In this document: positions 55,027 through 64,000 of the stretch, in pieces | Layout: each line of letters begins with the position of its first letter | How positions within the stretch are numbered: the first letter of the stretch is position 1 | Notes under the pieces: model-generated | Told to the model about the DNA's origin: nothing | Database searches by the model: none | The model's input: the letters and a program-made list of their open reading frames with translations, nothing else | Source of the DNA: Candidatus Blackburnbacteria bacterium RIFCSPLOWO2_01_FULL_40_20 | GTDB lineage: Bacteria; Patescibacteriota; Microgenomatia; UBA8517; UBA10165 | NCBI GenBank assembly: GCA_001816475.1 | Contig: MHCC01000001.1 | Location: 12,622 to 76,621, forward strand | Reading direction: 5' to 3' | DNA: 64,000 nt | Made by a program: the position numbers and the translations under genes

Positions 55027-56379
55027 TTGCTAAAATCTAATCTTCCTCATACACTAGAGTTACCTGGAACTTATATGTTGAAAACAATTGCAAAAAACAC
55101 TTTTGCCCAGGGCGTTGGCAAAATAATAACAATTCTTCTCTCTGTTGTTTCAACCGCTTTTCTTTCAAGATACCTACAGCCAGCTGGATATGGAGACTAT
55201 ACATTTATTATGTCATTTGTTCTTTTGTTTGGAAACATTTCCGACTGGGGAACAAATATTATTGCCGTTAGGGAAGCGTCACACGACAGTAAAAAGCACC
55301 CGGTCGTTTTTGGCAGCATTGCTATTTTTCGCATACTACTTGCCATCTTTTCAATACTGCTTTTAAATATTGCCGTTCGCGTTAACTCAAATTGGGAGAG
55401 TTTGGTTTTCCCAACAACAATTGCCTCCTTCGTGTTGTTTGGTCTTTCTCTAAAAACTTCTGCATCGATTGTATTTCAAACATTGTTAAAACTGGAAAAT
55501 GGAATGATTGTTGAGATACTCTCTTCCGTAGTTTTTTTAATAGGTATTTTATTTTTAGCTTTTACCAACAAAGGAGGAATAAACGAAGCGATGGTTATTT
55601 GGGTTGGTTCAACTTTTATTGCAGCCGGTGTGGGGATGTTTTTGGCGATGCGACTCTCGCCTGTTGATTTGAAAATTAATTGGAACATTGTAAAAAATGT
55701 TATTTGGGAAGCCTTACCTACCGGCGCGTTTTTGATAGTGTTTACCATTTATAACCGAATTGACACGATTATTTTACAAAACTATCAAGGGTCCACAGCT
55801 GTTGGTATTTATGGCCTGTCTTACAAAATTCATGACAACTTGGTTTTGGGCGCTGTTTTTTTAATGAATTCTCTATTTCCCCTATACTCAAAGAAATTTT
55901 CATTGGACAGTAAAAAAGAAATAAGTAATTATTATCAAAAAACGTTTGACGTTTTGTTGCCCACAGCAATTTTTGTTTTTGTTATTACTTATCTTTTTGC
56001 GCCGGTAATGGTCAATGTTTTGGGTGGTCCGCAATATTTTCAATCAACTGAAGTATTACGAATTTTGGTTTTTGCAACTTTTATTGCTTACTTTAATCAT
56101 TTGACAGGATTTTCCTTGATTGCTTTCAGGAAACAAAAAACACTATTGGTAGTTGGACTAACTGCACTTATTTTTAATGTCCTGGCGAATTTATTGTTTG
56201 TTCCAAAGTATTCATACAACGCATCGGCTATAATCACTATTGCAACAGAGGGTCTTGTTTTGCTACTATCCAGTATTGCCATTTGGAAAACCATAGGAAT
56301 TGTTCCAACACCTTTTTCTTTTCTAAGAACAGCATCGGGGTTTTTAAAGGAAAAATTCAATGCACCAAATCCTAGTTAG
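55027..56379 (+). CDS. polysaccharide/oligosaccharide flippase (MOP/Wzx-like)
   Basis: ~12 predicted TM helices with the N-terminal KNTFAQGVGKIITILLSVVSTAFLSRYL pattern of Wzx-type exporters. Confidence 0.6.
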   Translation: MLKSNLPHTLELPGTYMLKTIAKNTFAQGVGKIITILLSVVSTAFLSRYLQPAGYGDYTFIMSFVLLFGNISDWGTNIIAVREASHDSKKHPVVFGSIAIFRILLAIFSILLLNIAVRVNSNWESLVFPTTIASFVLFGLSLKTSASIVFQTLLKLENGMIVEILSSVVFLIGILFLAFTNKGGINEAMVIWVGSTFIAAGVGMFLAMRLSPVDLKINWNIVKNVIWEALPTGAFLIVFTIYNRIDTIILQNYQGSTAVGIYGLSYKIHDNLVLGAVFLMNSLFPLYSKKFSLDSKKEISNYYQKTFDVLLPTAIFVFVITYLFAPVMVNVLGGPQYFQSTEVLRILVFATFIAYFNHLTGFSLIAFRKQKTLLVVGLTALIFNVLANLLFVPKYSYNASAIITIATEGLVLLLSSIAIWKTIGIVPTPFSFLRTASGFLKEKFNAPNPS

Positions 56380-56399
56380 AGCTTTGAATTTAGAATATT

Positions 56400-56834
56400 A
56401 TGTATAAAATTTTTTGTGATGGTGGTAGTCGAGGAAATCCAGGACCGGCAGCTGGGGCATTTATTGTGTTTGATCAAAACGGAAAAATTGTAACAAAACA
56501 CGGAGAGTATCTTGGTGTTGCAACAAACAATGTTGCAGAATATTCTGCTGTTTTGTTGGCAATGGAATGGTTGAGAGAAAATAAAATCAACCAAGAAGTA
56601 AAATTTTTTCTTGACTCACAATTGATAACAAACCAATTAATCGGGACTTACAAAATAAAAGACACAAAACTTGCAGTGCTTGCAACCAAAGTGAAAAATA
56701 TTAAAAGAAATTTTCCGCAAAGAATTACCTATATAAACATCCCACGAGAACAAAATAAAATTGCCGATCTTTTAGTTAATGAAGTGCTTGATAAGAAAAG
56801 CCGCAGTGAAAAGTCAAACATCAAATCAATCTAA
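56400..56834 (+). CDS. rnhA: ribonuclease HI
   Basis: DGGSRGNPGPAAGAFIV...EYSAVLLAMEW... carries the D-E-D-D catalytic residues. Confidence 0.8.
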   Translation: MYKIFCDGGSRGNPGPAAGAFIVFDQNGKIVTKHGEYLGVATNNVAEYSAVLLAMEWLRENKINQEVKFFLDSQLITNQLIGTYKIKDTKLAVLATKVKNIKRNFPQRITYINIPREQNKIADLLVNEVLDKKSRSEKSNIKSI

Positions 56835-56959
56835 TTTCACATCTTACAGCTTTTTTATAGGTTAATTACTATATTGCGGTGAAGATTTGTTTACTTCAGA
56901 CCCCCGCTTTTTGCAGTTGAAATTACGCCACAACCAAGTACAATATAATATAGGAAAAA

Positions 56960-59900
56960 ATGCCCATGTCTCTGCCGACTCATTTTTTTGATGGATCGCT
57001 TCCAATTGCATTGGTTGCAGGTGGCGCGGGTTTCGTTGGTTCTCATGTTTGTGAAGCACTTCTGGGTCGATCTGTAAAAGTAATTTGTGTTGATAATTGG
57101 CAAACAGGACTTAAAGAAAATATAAACCATCTTCTTTTAAACAAAAACTTTTTACTTCTTGAAGAAGATGTAACCGATGAAATTGCAACAAGAATCAAAA
57201 AGATTGATTATGTTTTTCACCTTGCAGGAGTTGAGTCTTACTTAAACGGGGAGGATGTTTCAATAGAAAGCCTGGAGTCAAATTCCATTGGATCAAGAAA
57301 TCTTCTCGATTTGGCCCAAAAGTATAAAGCAAAGTTTTTATTAGCATCAACAATTTACATCTACTCAGCAAAACTGTCAAAAGATAATACAACTTCCTAT
57401 TTTGGCGCAACACGAGAAGATGAAGGGGAGTTTTCTCATTTAGAGGCAAAGAGGTTCGCAGAGGCTTTGGTTTCTGAATATGGACAAAAAAGAAATGTTG
57501 ACGTAAGGATTGTGCGTTTGGGAGACGTTTATGGTCCTCGAATGATGATCTCGACAAATAACATCTTGGCGCGACTTGTTAAACAAGCTGCGTATAAAGA
57601 ACCTCTCACAGTTCACGGCGGTGAGGACATATATATTCACCCCGTTTTTATAGATGATGTGGTTGAGGGAATAGTAAAATCATTATTTATCGGAGGAACC
57701 CGCAACGCGATTATTGCTTTAACCGGTCCTAAAACAAGTTTGTTCTCGGTGGCCCAAGCGATCAAAAATTTAAAACCGGACGAGCTTGAGGTCGTCTTTA
57801 AAAACGAAAGTTTTCCTAAGTTGGGACAGGTTGAGGAGTCGGTGTTGTTTACCGGACGGGACACAATCTCGTGGAGTCAAGAGATTGGACCAGAAGAAGG
57901 GTTGCGACGAACTTTAGATTGGTTTACGTACCATCAAAAGTATTTACCAAAAAGCTATAAACCTGTAGAAAAATCCAAGGACCCAACAAAAGATCAAAAG
58001 ATGGGAGTGTTAACAAGTGTTGGGGAGTGGGCAAAAAAAGTGAGGACAAGTCCGCATTTGGTTACAAAAGAAGAAAGTCGGGCATTAAAAGAAGATAGTT
58101 TTTGGGAAGAGAAAGAACAGGTTTCACCAAAGAGCCAAAAGAAAGTTAATGCAAAAAAAAATTGGGTAGCCCCCAAAGTTTTTTTGGCAGCAGTTGTTCT
58201 ACTACTAGGATGGTTTTTTGCTATGCCAGTGTTCCTTTTTTACCTTGGACTGGGACAGCTTCATTTGTTTAAAAATTCAATTTCAAAAGGAGACACCACA
58301 AGCGCATCTCGTTGGGCAAATTTGGCTTTTTATAGTTTTGATAGTGCCCAAGCGGGCTTTAACCAGTGGTTGGTTGTTCCGGGCTTGAAAAATGAATCGG
58401 TTCGGTATGTTAATAAAAGTAAGACTTTTAGCAAACTCGCAGATGTGGCAATTTCTTCTTCTCAAGGCGCTTTGGCTTCTAAGACTTTTATGCAGGGCTT
58501 ACTTTCAAGTCAAGGAGTAAACGAATACGCGTCAAAGTCTTTGGCTTTAGAGCTTAAAAAGTTAGGTCAAAAAATCGGTTTTCTTGAAGCGGATATTGAG
58601 GGTAACAAAGTCTTACTAACAGCTCCTTTATTAAGAACCAAACTAATTGAAGAGTCGGAGCTAAAAGACATTAGAGAATCGACCTTAACTTTTGCTAATT
58701 TGGTTGAGAAAAGTGGTAGCCTGTTTGGGGTTGACAAGAAAAAGACATATTTGGTTTTATTGCAAGACAACTCAATATTGCGCCCCGGAGGGGGACTGTT
58801 GCGATCTTATGCTCTTTTGTCTTTTGAAGGTGGAAAACTAGAAAACATTGATGTGCAAGATGTTGCGTTCGCAGATGAGCAGTTGAAGGGTCAGGTTGAC
58901 CCACCTCAGACGATAAAAGATTATCTCGGAGAAACCAGCTGGTTTTTGAAAGATTCGAATTGGAGTCCCGATTTTGCTTCTTCTGCAGAACGCGCAGCTT
59001 GGTTTGTTAACAAGGAATTGGGCACAAACATCGATGGAGTTATTGCCTTAGATTTGGAGTTTATAAAAAGTTTTATTGACTACCTAGGTCCTGTTAAATT
59101 AGATGGCTTTGAGGCAATCGATTCAAATAATTTATTTGAATTGGCGCAAAATTCCAACAAAGACCAATCTGTCCAGAAAAGTTTCCCAACTTCTCTTTTG
59201 CGAGAAATATTAAAGGTTGCTACAGAATTGCCAGGCAGTAATTTAACTGCACTTACAAAGACAACGATTTCATCACTGCGCGAAAGACACCTTGCGCTTT
59301 GGATGAAGGATCAAGGCTTGGCACAAATTATGTCTGAAGCAGGATGGGATGGAGCGGCAAAGAGACCAAGTTGTCGCGGGGACTTTGACTGCACTATTGA
59401 TTATCTACAAATTTCTGAAGCCAATTTAACACAATTAGGAAATCCTCTAAAATCATATTCTCTTGAGATTTTTCCGTCAAATGACACTATTTCTCACAGA
59501 CTATTAATTTCTTACGACAACAAAAATGCTGATTATAAAGGATTTGTTCGAGTTTTGGTTCCAAGATTAGGAAAAATTGCCCAAGCAGCCGCTATTTTGC
59601 CAGACCAAGCAAAACAAGAAGAGCTGCAAGTTGAAGAAGGGTTTGAAAGCAAAAAAAAATCTTTTTCGTTTATATTAGATATTAAGGCTGGTGATAAAAA
59701 ACAAATCGTGCTTTTATGGGACACACCGTTATCTGAAAACACATCAAAAGTGGCAGGGGATTCAACATTCAAGGGAAATAATCTGGTTTTCTTTTGGCAA
59801 AAGCAAATGGGGGTGTTAAACGACCCAGTTTCTTTGCGTATAAATCTTCCTGCCGGCACCCAAGAAATATCCAGCTTTCCTCGACCTTTATTGACGAGCG

Positions 59901-59971
59901 AGGGTTCAATAAGTTATAATACAAATCTATCACGTGATTTAACCACGCAAGTATCATGGCAAAAAAGGTAG
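56960..59971 (+). CDS. fusion protein: N-terminal NAD-dependent sugar epimerase/dehydratase domain + TM segment + C-terminal DUF4012 domain
   Basis: Rossmann GGAGFVGSHVCEALL and YxxxK-type short-chain dehydrogenase features in the first ~330 aa. Hydrophobic helix ~aa 410-430. C-terminal ~550 aa carries LVLLQDNSILRPGGGLLRSYALL, typical of DUF4012. Confidence 0.65.
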   Translation: MPMSLPTHFFDGSLPIALVAGGAGFVGSHVCEALLGRSVKVICVDNWQTGLKENINHLLLNKNFLLLEEDVTDEIATRIKKIDYVFHLAGVESYLNGEDVSIESLESNSIGSRNLLDLAQKYKAKFLLASTIYIYSAKLSKDNTTSYFGATREDEGEFSHLEAKRFAEALVSEYGQKRNVDVRIVRLGDVYGPRMMISTNNILARLVKQAAYKEPLTVHGGEDIYIHPVFIDDVVEGIVKSLFIGGTRNAIIALTGPKTSLFSVAQAIKNLKPDELEVVFKNESFPKLGQVEESVLFTGRDTISWSQEIGPEEGLRRTLDWFTYHQKYLPKSYKPVEKSKDPTKDQKMGVLTSVGEWAKKVRTSPHLVTKEESRALKEDSFWEEKEQVSPKSQKKVNAKKNWVAPKVFLAAVVLLLGWFFAMPVFLFYLGLGQLHLFKNSISKGDTTSASRWANLAFYSFDSAQAGFNQWLVVPGLKNESVRYVNKSKTFSKLADVAISSSQGALASKTFMQGLLSSQGVNEYASKSLALELKKLGQKIGFLEADIEGNKVLLTAPLLRTKLIEESELKDIRESTLTFANLVEKSGSLFGVDKKKTYLVLLQDNSILRPGGGLLRSYALLSFEGGKLENIDVQDVAFADEQLKGQVDPPQTIKDYLGETSWFLKDSNWSPDFASSAERAAWFVNKELGTNIDGVIALDLEFIKSFIDYLGPVKLDGFEAIDSNNLFELAQNSNKDQSVQKSFPTSLLREILKVATELPGSNLTALTKTTISSLRERHLALWMKDQGLAQIMSEAGWDGAAKRPSCRGDFDCTIDYLQISEANLTQLGNPLKSYSLEIFPSNDTISHRLLISYDNKNADYKGFVRVLVPRLGKIAQAAAILPDQAKQEELQVEEGFESKKKSFSFILDIKAGDKKQIVLLWDTPLSENTSKVAGDSTFKGNNLVFFWQKQMGVLNDPVSLRINLPAGTQEISSFPRPLLTSEGSISYNTNLSRDLTTQVSWQKR

Positions 59972-60681
59972 TAGTACAAGAAACTAAAAAAGCGCTGTCT
60001 GGAAAGTATGTGCTTGAGGCTCAAAAAAGGGAGATGTTCGGTCGGAAGATCAAGACACTGCGCAGAGACGGTATTTTACCTGCAAATGTGTATGGCAAAA
60101 AAATGGAGTCTTTGGCAATCCAACTCAAGACCTCAGACTTTTTAAAAGTGTTTTCAGAGGCAGGGGAAACAGGGCTTGTTACATTAAATGTCGACGGCTC
60201 CTCATATCCAGTTTTGGTTCATAATCTTCAAGTCGATCCAGTGTTAGACAAACCATTACACGCAGACTTTTTACAAGTAAATCTTAAAGAAAAAGTTACA
60301 GCAACTGTTTCTGTTGAATTTGTAGGTGAGTCTCCAGCAGAAAAAGCTCAAGAGGGTATTGTCGTTCCTCAAGTAAGAGAAGTTGAGGTTGAAGCCTTAC
60401 CCGCAGACCTTCCTGAACAAATTACAGTTGATGTGTCAACACTTGAAAAGGTAGATGACGCGATTAAGATATCGGACATTAAGGTTGATCGGGAGAAAGT
60501 TGAGATAAAAGAGGATCCAGAAAGAATAGTTGTTTCGGTTGCACCCCTTGCCAAAGAAGAAGTTGTTGAGGAAGCACCCACAAAAGGGGCAGAAGGTGAA
60601 GCTCCAACAGAAGGTGAAGTTCCAGCTGAGGGTGAAGAAGCCCCCCCAGAATTCCCACAAGGCGAGAAAAAAGAAGAGTAA
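59956..60681 (+). CDS. rplY: ribosomal protein bL25 (Ctc form) with acidic C-terminal extension
   Basis: GRKIKTLRRDGILPANVYGK ... LQVDPV bL25 core; E/A/P-rich tail. Confidence 0.8.
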   Translation: MAKKVVVQETKKALSGKYVLEAQKREMFGRKIKTLRRDGILPANVYGKKMESLAIQLKTSDFLKVFSEAGETGLVTLNVDGSSYPVLVHNLQVDPVLDKPLHADFLQVNLKEKVTATVSVEFVGESPAEKAQEGIVVPQVREVEVEALPADLPEQITVDVSTLEKVDDAIKISDIKVDREKVEIKEDPERIVVSVAPLAKEEVVEEAPTKGAEGEAPTEGEVPAEGEEAPPEFPQGEKKEE

Positions 60682-60807
60682 TTGTTGTAGATTGTTAATA
60701 TGGCACGTCGCCAATATACCCAATCAACTCTTGAAATTTATGAAGAAGCTGTTCCCTCAAGGCTTAAAGAGGTATGTGAAGAAAAGTTGGTTTACATTCT
60801 CTAACGA

Positions 60808-62946
60808 TTAAACAACTTCTGGCCATTTGGCAACAATTAGTGCTTCTTCTTCAAAAAAGCCCTCAACACCCTTTGTTTCTTTTAACGTTTGCCAAATTGT
60901 TTCTGTAACAAATGGCATGAAAGGGTGGAGGAGTTTTAATGATTCTTGTAAGGCAAAAAGTAGAGTTGGTTGAGCCTCGCTCTGGCGGTCTTTTGTTTTT
61001 TCAAGGTAGACGTCAGCAAGTTTGTGCCAAACAAAATCATAAATTTCCTCCGCTGCTTCATTGAGTCGATAGTCTTCAAGTAAAACTGTTGTCCTTTCGA
61101 TTGTTTTTCCAAGCTCTTCTTTTATCCAGGCATCGTCTTGTTTAGATGTGTCCTTGGATTTTTCTATGCTCTTAGCTCTTGGCTCTATGCTCTGTGTTGT
61201 TATATACCTTGCCACATTCCATATCTTGTTTGCAAAGTTTCTTTGAGCGCGGATATTGTCTTCTGACAAAGATATATCGTTTTCAACCAACGCACCCCAA
61301 ACTATCCCCATACGAAGCGCGTCAGATCCGTATTTTTCGGCCATTACGATAGGATCAATAACGTTCCCTTTTGATTTTGAAATTTTTTGACCTTGCTTGT
61401 CTCGCACCAATCCATGAATTAAAACTTCTTTAAATGGAACTTCACCTGTTGCGTAGAGCCCAAGCATAATCATGCGCATTACCCAAAACGGAAGAATGTC
61501 GTAGGCTGTTTCCATAACCGAGGTTGGGTAGAAGTACTCAAAATCACCAGGTTGTGTGGTTTGAAGAGTTGCAAATGGCCATTGGCCTGATGAAAACCAG
61601 GTGTCAAAAGTATAAGACTCCTGTTCAAGATCTGCGCTTTGGCAATTTGAACAAAATTCAGGCTTTTCTCCGTCGGTAACTATTGTTTGGCTACACGCCG
61701 AGCAGTACCAAACTGGCATTCTAATACCCCACACAATTTGGCGGCTTATGTTCCAGTCTCTTAAAATGTCCAACCAATGAAGATATGTCTTTTCAAAACG
61801 TTGAGCGGCAAATTTGATTTTCCCGGAAATAACTGCTTCACGAGCTGTTTTTACAAGAGGTTCTACTTTTAAAAACCATTGGGTGGATAACATGGGCTCG
61901 ATTGTGTTCTTACAACGATAGCAAACTCCAACCACAGTTTTATAATTTTCATCAATCTTCTCTATTGATCCTTTTTCTTGAAGGTCTTTGACAACTTCTT
62001 CTCGTGCTTTTTTGACTGTTAGACCTGCGTACTTTTTCCCGATAGTAGTTATCTTTCCATCTTGGTTTATTGCGACAATAAAAGGGAGGTCGTGTTTTTG
62101 AGCTGCTTCAAAATCGTTAAAGTCGTGAGCTGGGGTAAGTTTAACTATTCCTGTGCCAAATTCGGGATCGACAAACTCATCGCCAATTATTTCCATTTCT
62201 TCGTTTGTTAATGGGTTTAAGACTTTAGTTCCGATTAGTTTACCTCTTTTCTTATCTTTTGGATTAACCGCAAGATGAGTATCAGCAAAAATAGTTTCTG
62301 GCCTTGTTGTTGCAACGGTGATAAATTCACCATCTGCATTGGAGTATTTTACGTAATAGAGTGGGATGTTTTTTTCTACCCTGTCTACTTCAAGTTCAGA
62401 GTACGCAGTGCCGCAATAAGTACAATAATTTACAAGCTTGTTGCCTTTGTAAACGAGCCCATTGTCGTAAAGCTTTTTAAAAGTTTTGTAAACAATTTTG
62501 ACAATGTCTGGATCGAGAGTGAACTTTCCTCTTGTCCAATCGCAAGATGCGCCAAGTATTCTTAATTGCCCCTCCATTGTTTTTTTATTTTCTTGAACGT
62601 ATTTCCAAATCATTTGGTATAGAGTATTTTGATCAAAATCAAAACGGCTTTTACCATCTTCTTTGAGTCTTTTTTCAAAAACAAATTGAGTTTCAATCCC
62701 TGCATGGTCTGCACCAGGCAGCCAAAGCGTTGAGTCGCCTTTCATTCGATGATATCTGATTAATACATCTTCAACCGCAACAAAGCGAGCGTGACCGATA
62801 TGTAGGGGGTCGTTGGCGTTGGGTGGAGGCATAATAATTGTGAAAGGCTTTTTGTTCTTGTCAATTTTAGGTGTAAAATAGCCACCTTTTTCCCAAAGGG
62901 TATAAATTTTTTCTTCGTGCAATTTTGGATCGTATGTCTTGTCCAC
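60808..62946 (-). CDS. valS: valine--tRNA ligase (compact form)
   Basis: HIGH-region PPPNANDPLHIGHA, KMSKS-region KISKSKGNVIDP, editing-domain TPAHDFNDFE motif. 712 aa is shorter than typical ValS. Confidence 0.75.
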   Translation of the reverse strand: MDKTYDPKLHEEKIYTLWEKGGYFTPKIDKNKKPFTIIMPPPNANDPLHIGHARFVAVEDVLIRYHRMKGDSTLWLPGADHAGIETQFVFEKRLKEDGKSRFDFDQNTLYQMIWKYVQENKKTMEGQLRILGASCDWTRGKFTLDPDIVKIVYKTFKKLYDNGLVYKGNKLVNYCTYCGTAYSELEVDRVEKNIPLYYVKYSNADGEFITVATTRPETIFADTHLAVNPKDKKRGKLIGTKVLNPLTNEEMEIIGDEFVDPEFGTGIVKLTPAHDFNDFEAAQKHDLPFIVAINQDGKITTIGKKYAGLTVKKAREEVVKDLQEKGSIEKIDENYKTVVGVCYRCKNTIEPMLSTQWFLKVEPLVKTAREAVISGKIKFAAQRFEKTYLHWLDILRDWNISRQIVWGIRMPVWYCSACSQTIVTDGEKPEFCSNCQSADLEQESYTFDTWFSSGQWPFATLQTTQPGDFEYFYPTSVMETAYDILPFWVMRMIMLGLYATGEVPFKEVLIHGLVRDKQGQKISKSKGNVIDPIVMAEKYGSDALRMGIVWGALVENDISLSEDNIRAQRNFANKIWNVARYITTQSIEPRAKSIEKSKDTSKQDDAWIKEELGKTIERTTVLLEDYRLNEAAEEIYDFVWHKLADVYLEKTKDRQSEAQPTLLFALQESLKLLHPFMPFVTETIWQTLKETKGVEGFFEEEALIVAKWPEVV

Positions 62947-63083
62947 AGTTATGATATTTTAACTTGCAGGGGAGCTTAATACAAATTTTGTTTTGTTTTT
63001 AAGTTTTGGAAGTAAATTTTTCAAGGGTTGAGAATTCAACTTCTTTCCTTGTTGCCTTTAAATCTTTGAGAAAATTATATTAT

Positions 63084-63734
63084 CTACATTGATATGTCTA
63101 GCGCTTTTTCAATTTGCTCTTTTATAATCGGTCCTTCGCGTAATATTTTGGGTGGGGTGCAGGTTAGATCAAGCAGGGTAGATGGAGGGAGACTAGGGAG
63201 TTTGCCAACATCGACTATTAAACTAATTTCCTCCTGTTTTTCGTCTGACATCTGGTTTAGTATTTCCTCAACAGAATAAGGGTTTTCTCTGCCTGAGATA
63301 TTTGCCGAAGTTGTTGTATAAGGTTTGCCAAATTTTCGAGCAACAAGAAGATTAAGTGGTGTGTTGGGGATTCTTATTCCTAAAGTAGGCAAGCCAGAAG
63401 TAAGAATCTCTGGTAAAATGCCAAGTTTTTTGGGAAGTACTAAGGTCAGGGGGCCGGGTAAAAAGTGTTGTGCAAGAATCATAGCGGGCTTATTAACCTC
63501 GACATATTTTTCTGCATCTTTTATACTTGCGACAACAACATGCATGGGTTTAGAAAACTCTCTTCCTTTAAGTTTGTAAACTTTTTCTATGGCTTCTTTG
63601 TTGGTCGCGTCAACTGCAAATGTATAGACAGTTTCTGTGGGAAGGACAACAATTTTTCCAGTCCCCAGGTCTGAAACAATCTTGTTTAAACTTTCTTTTT
63701 GTGGATTTTGGGGATTAACCTTTATTGATTCCAT
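63084..63734 (-). CDS. tsaC: L-threonylcarbamoyladenylate synthase (YrdC/TsaC type)
   Basis: ...VVLPTETVYTFAVDATN...KVYKLKGREFSKPMHVVVAS... is the YrdC-domain signature. Confidence 0.75.
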   Translation of the reverse strand: MESIKVNPQNPQKESLNKIVSDLGTGKIVVLPTETVYTFAVDATNKEAIEKVYKLKGREFSKPMHVVVASIKDAEKYVEVNKPAMILAQHFLPGPLTLVLPKKLGILPEILTSGLPTLGIRIPNTPLNLLVARKFGKPYTTTSANISGRENPYSVEEILNQMSDEKQEEISLIVDVGKLPSLPPSTLLDLTCTPPKILREGPIIKEQIEKALDISM

Positions 63735-64000
63735 AATATTCCATTGCTTCGTTTGCGTTTGGAATTGCTCTTATTTCTTTCCAGGGTCGGGGAGTGTAAT
63801 TGTAAAATGCATATCCGGCAATAAAGCTTGCATTGTCTGTACAGAGACTGGGAAGGGGAACTCGAAAGTCTAAGTTCAAGTCTAAGTCTAAGATTCTCGA
63901 TTGGAATTTTTCCCGAAGGCGCTGGTTTGCAGATACGCCGCCAGCTAAAAGCAATGTCGAGACATTATATTTTTCAACGGCTTTTAGTGTTTTTTCAACC
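63715..64000 (-). CDS. tsaD: tRNA N6-adenosine threonylcarbamoyltransferase TsaD (Kae1/YgjD), C-terminal part; gene continues beyond window end
   Basis: LLAGGVSANQRLRE...LCTDNASFIA matches the C-terminal ASKHA-fold motifs of TsaD. Open at the 3' window edge (the 5' part of the gene lies outside). Confidence 0.7.
   Translation of the reverse strand, partial: VEKTLKAVEKYNVSTLLLAGGVSANQRLREKFQSRILDLDLNLDFRVPLPSLCTDNASFIAGYAFYNYTPRPWKEIRAIPNANEAMEYYGINKG

Overview
This window reads as low-GC (roughly 35-40%) bacterial chromosome with features typical of Candidate Phyla Radiation / Patescibacteria genomes. That assignment is an inference from composition and gene content, not a database result.

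The main contents, in order:

- **rRNA.** A 16S rRNA gene sits on the minus strand (~3905-7210). It is interrupted by two introns, each carrying a LAGLIDADG homing-endonuclease ORF, and by an AT-rich expansion segment. The universal-primer regions are unusual (ACCTACGGGTGGCAGCA; GCCAGAAGCCTCGGTAA). A 23S rRNA 3'-domain-like fragment lies at the left edge, after an rho-independent terminator that follows the 16S.
- **tRNAs.** Ile(GAT) with an adjacent truncated 5'-half copy, Gln(TTG), Lys(TTT), Glu(TTC), and an Asn(GTT) gene split by a ~279-nt group I intron. That intron carries the conserved AATCCTGAGCCAA element of trnL-type introns. Two partial copies of the tRNA 3' end lie downstream, resembling att sites.
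- **Accessory stretch (~9.1-21.7 kb).** Several toxin-antitoxin pairs (Phd/VapC, BrnT/BrnA plus DUF4258, RelE/Phd), a C-terminal ABC-exporter pseudogene fragment, and patches of high-GC, apparently foreign DNA. A ~100-bp inverted duplicate of the response-regulator/histidine-kinase gene junction (7898-8003 and 16483-16583) brackets ~8.5 kb of this stretch.
- **Copper/thiol-redox island (~22.4-33.4 kb).** DsbA-like, TrxB, TrxA, CopA, two cupredoxin-like proteins, two CsoR paralogues each preceded by an ATCCCC-N5-GGGGG palindrome, CopZ, CcdA and a redoxin. The island is punctuated by a family of CCGAT-N3-ATCGG palindromes and GAAAATT heptamer iterons.
- **Other genes.** A DNA-repair pair (MPG, MGMT) next to an unknown 596-aa protein; a 1793-aa secreted giant protein; a GT-C glycosyltransferase.
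- **Replication and core genes.** A replication-origin block (dnaN, DnaA-box cluster, dnaA, DnaA box, rpmH-rnpA-yidD-yidC-jag), then a flippase, RNase H, an epimerase-DUF4012 fusion, rplY, valS, tsaC and partial tsaD.

The least-explained signal is a set of short hairpin/palindrome repeat families that all share a CCGAT...ATCGG core. They occur in intergenic regions, mostly around the metal/redox genes. No CRISPR array and no recognisable transposase or integrase were seen.
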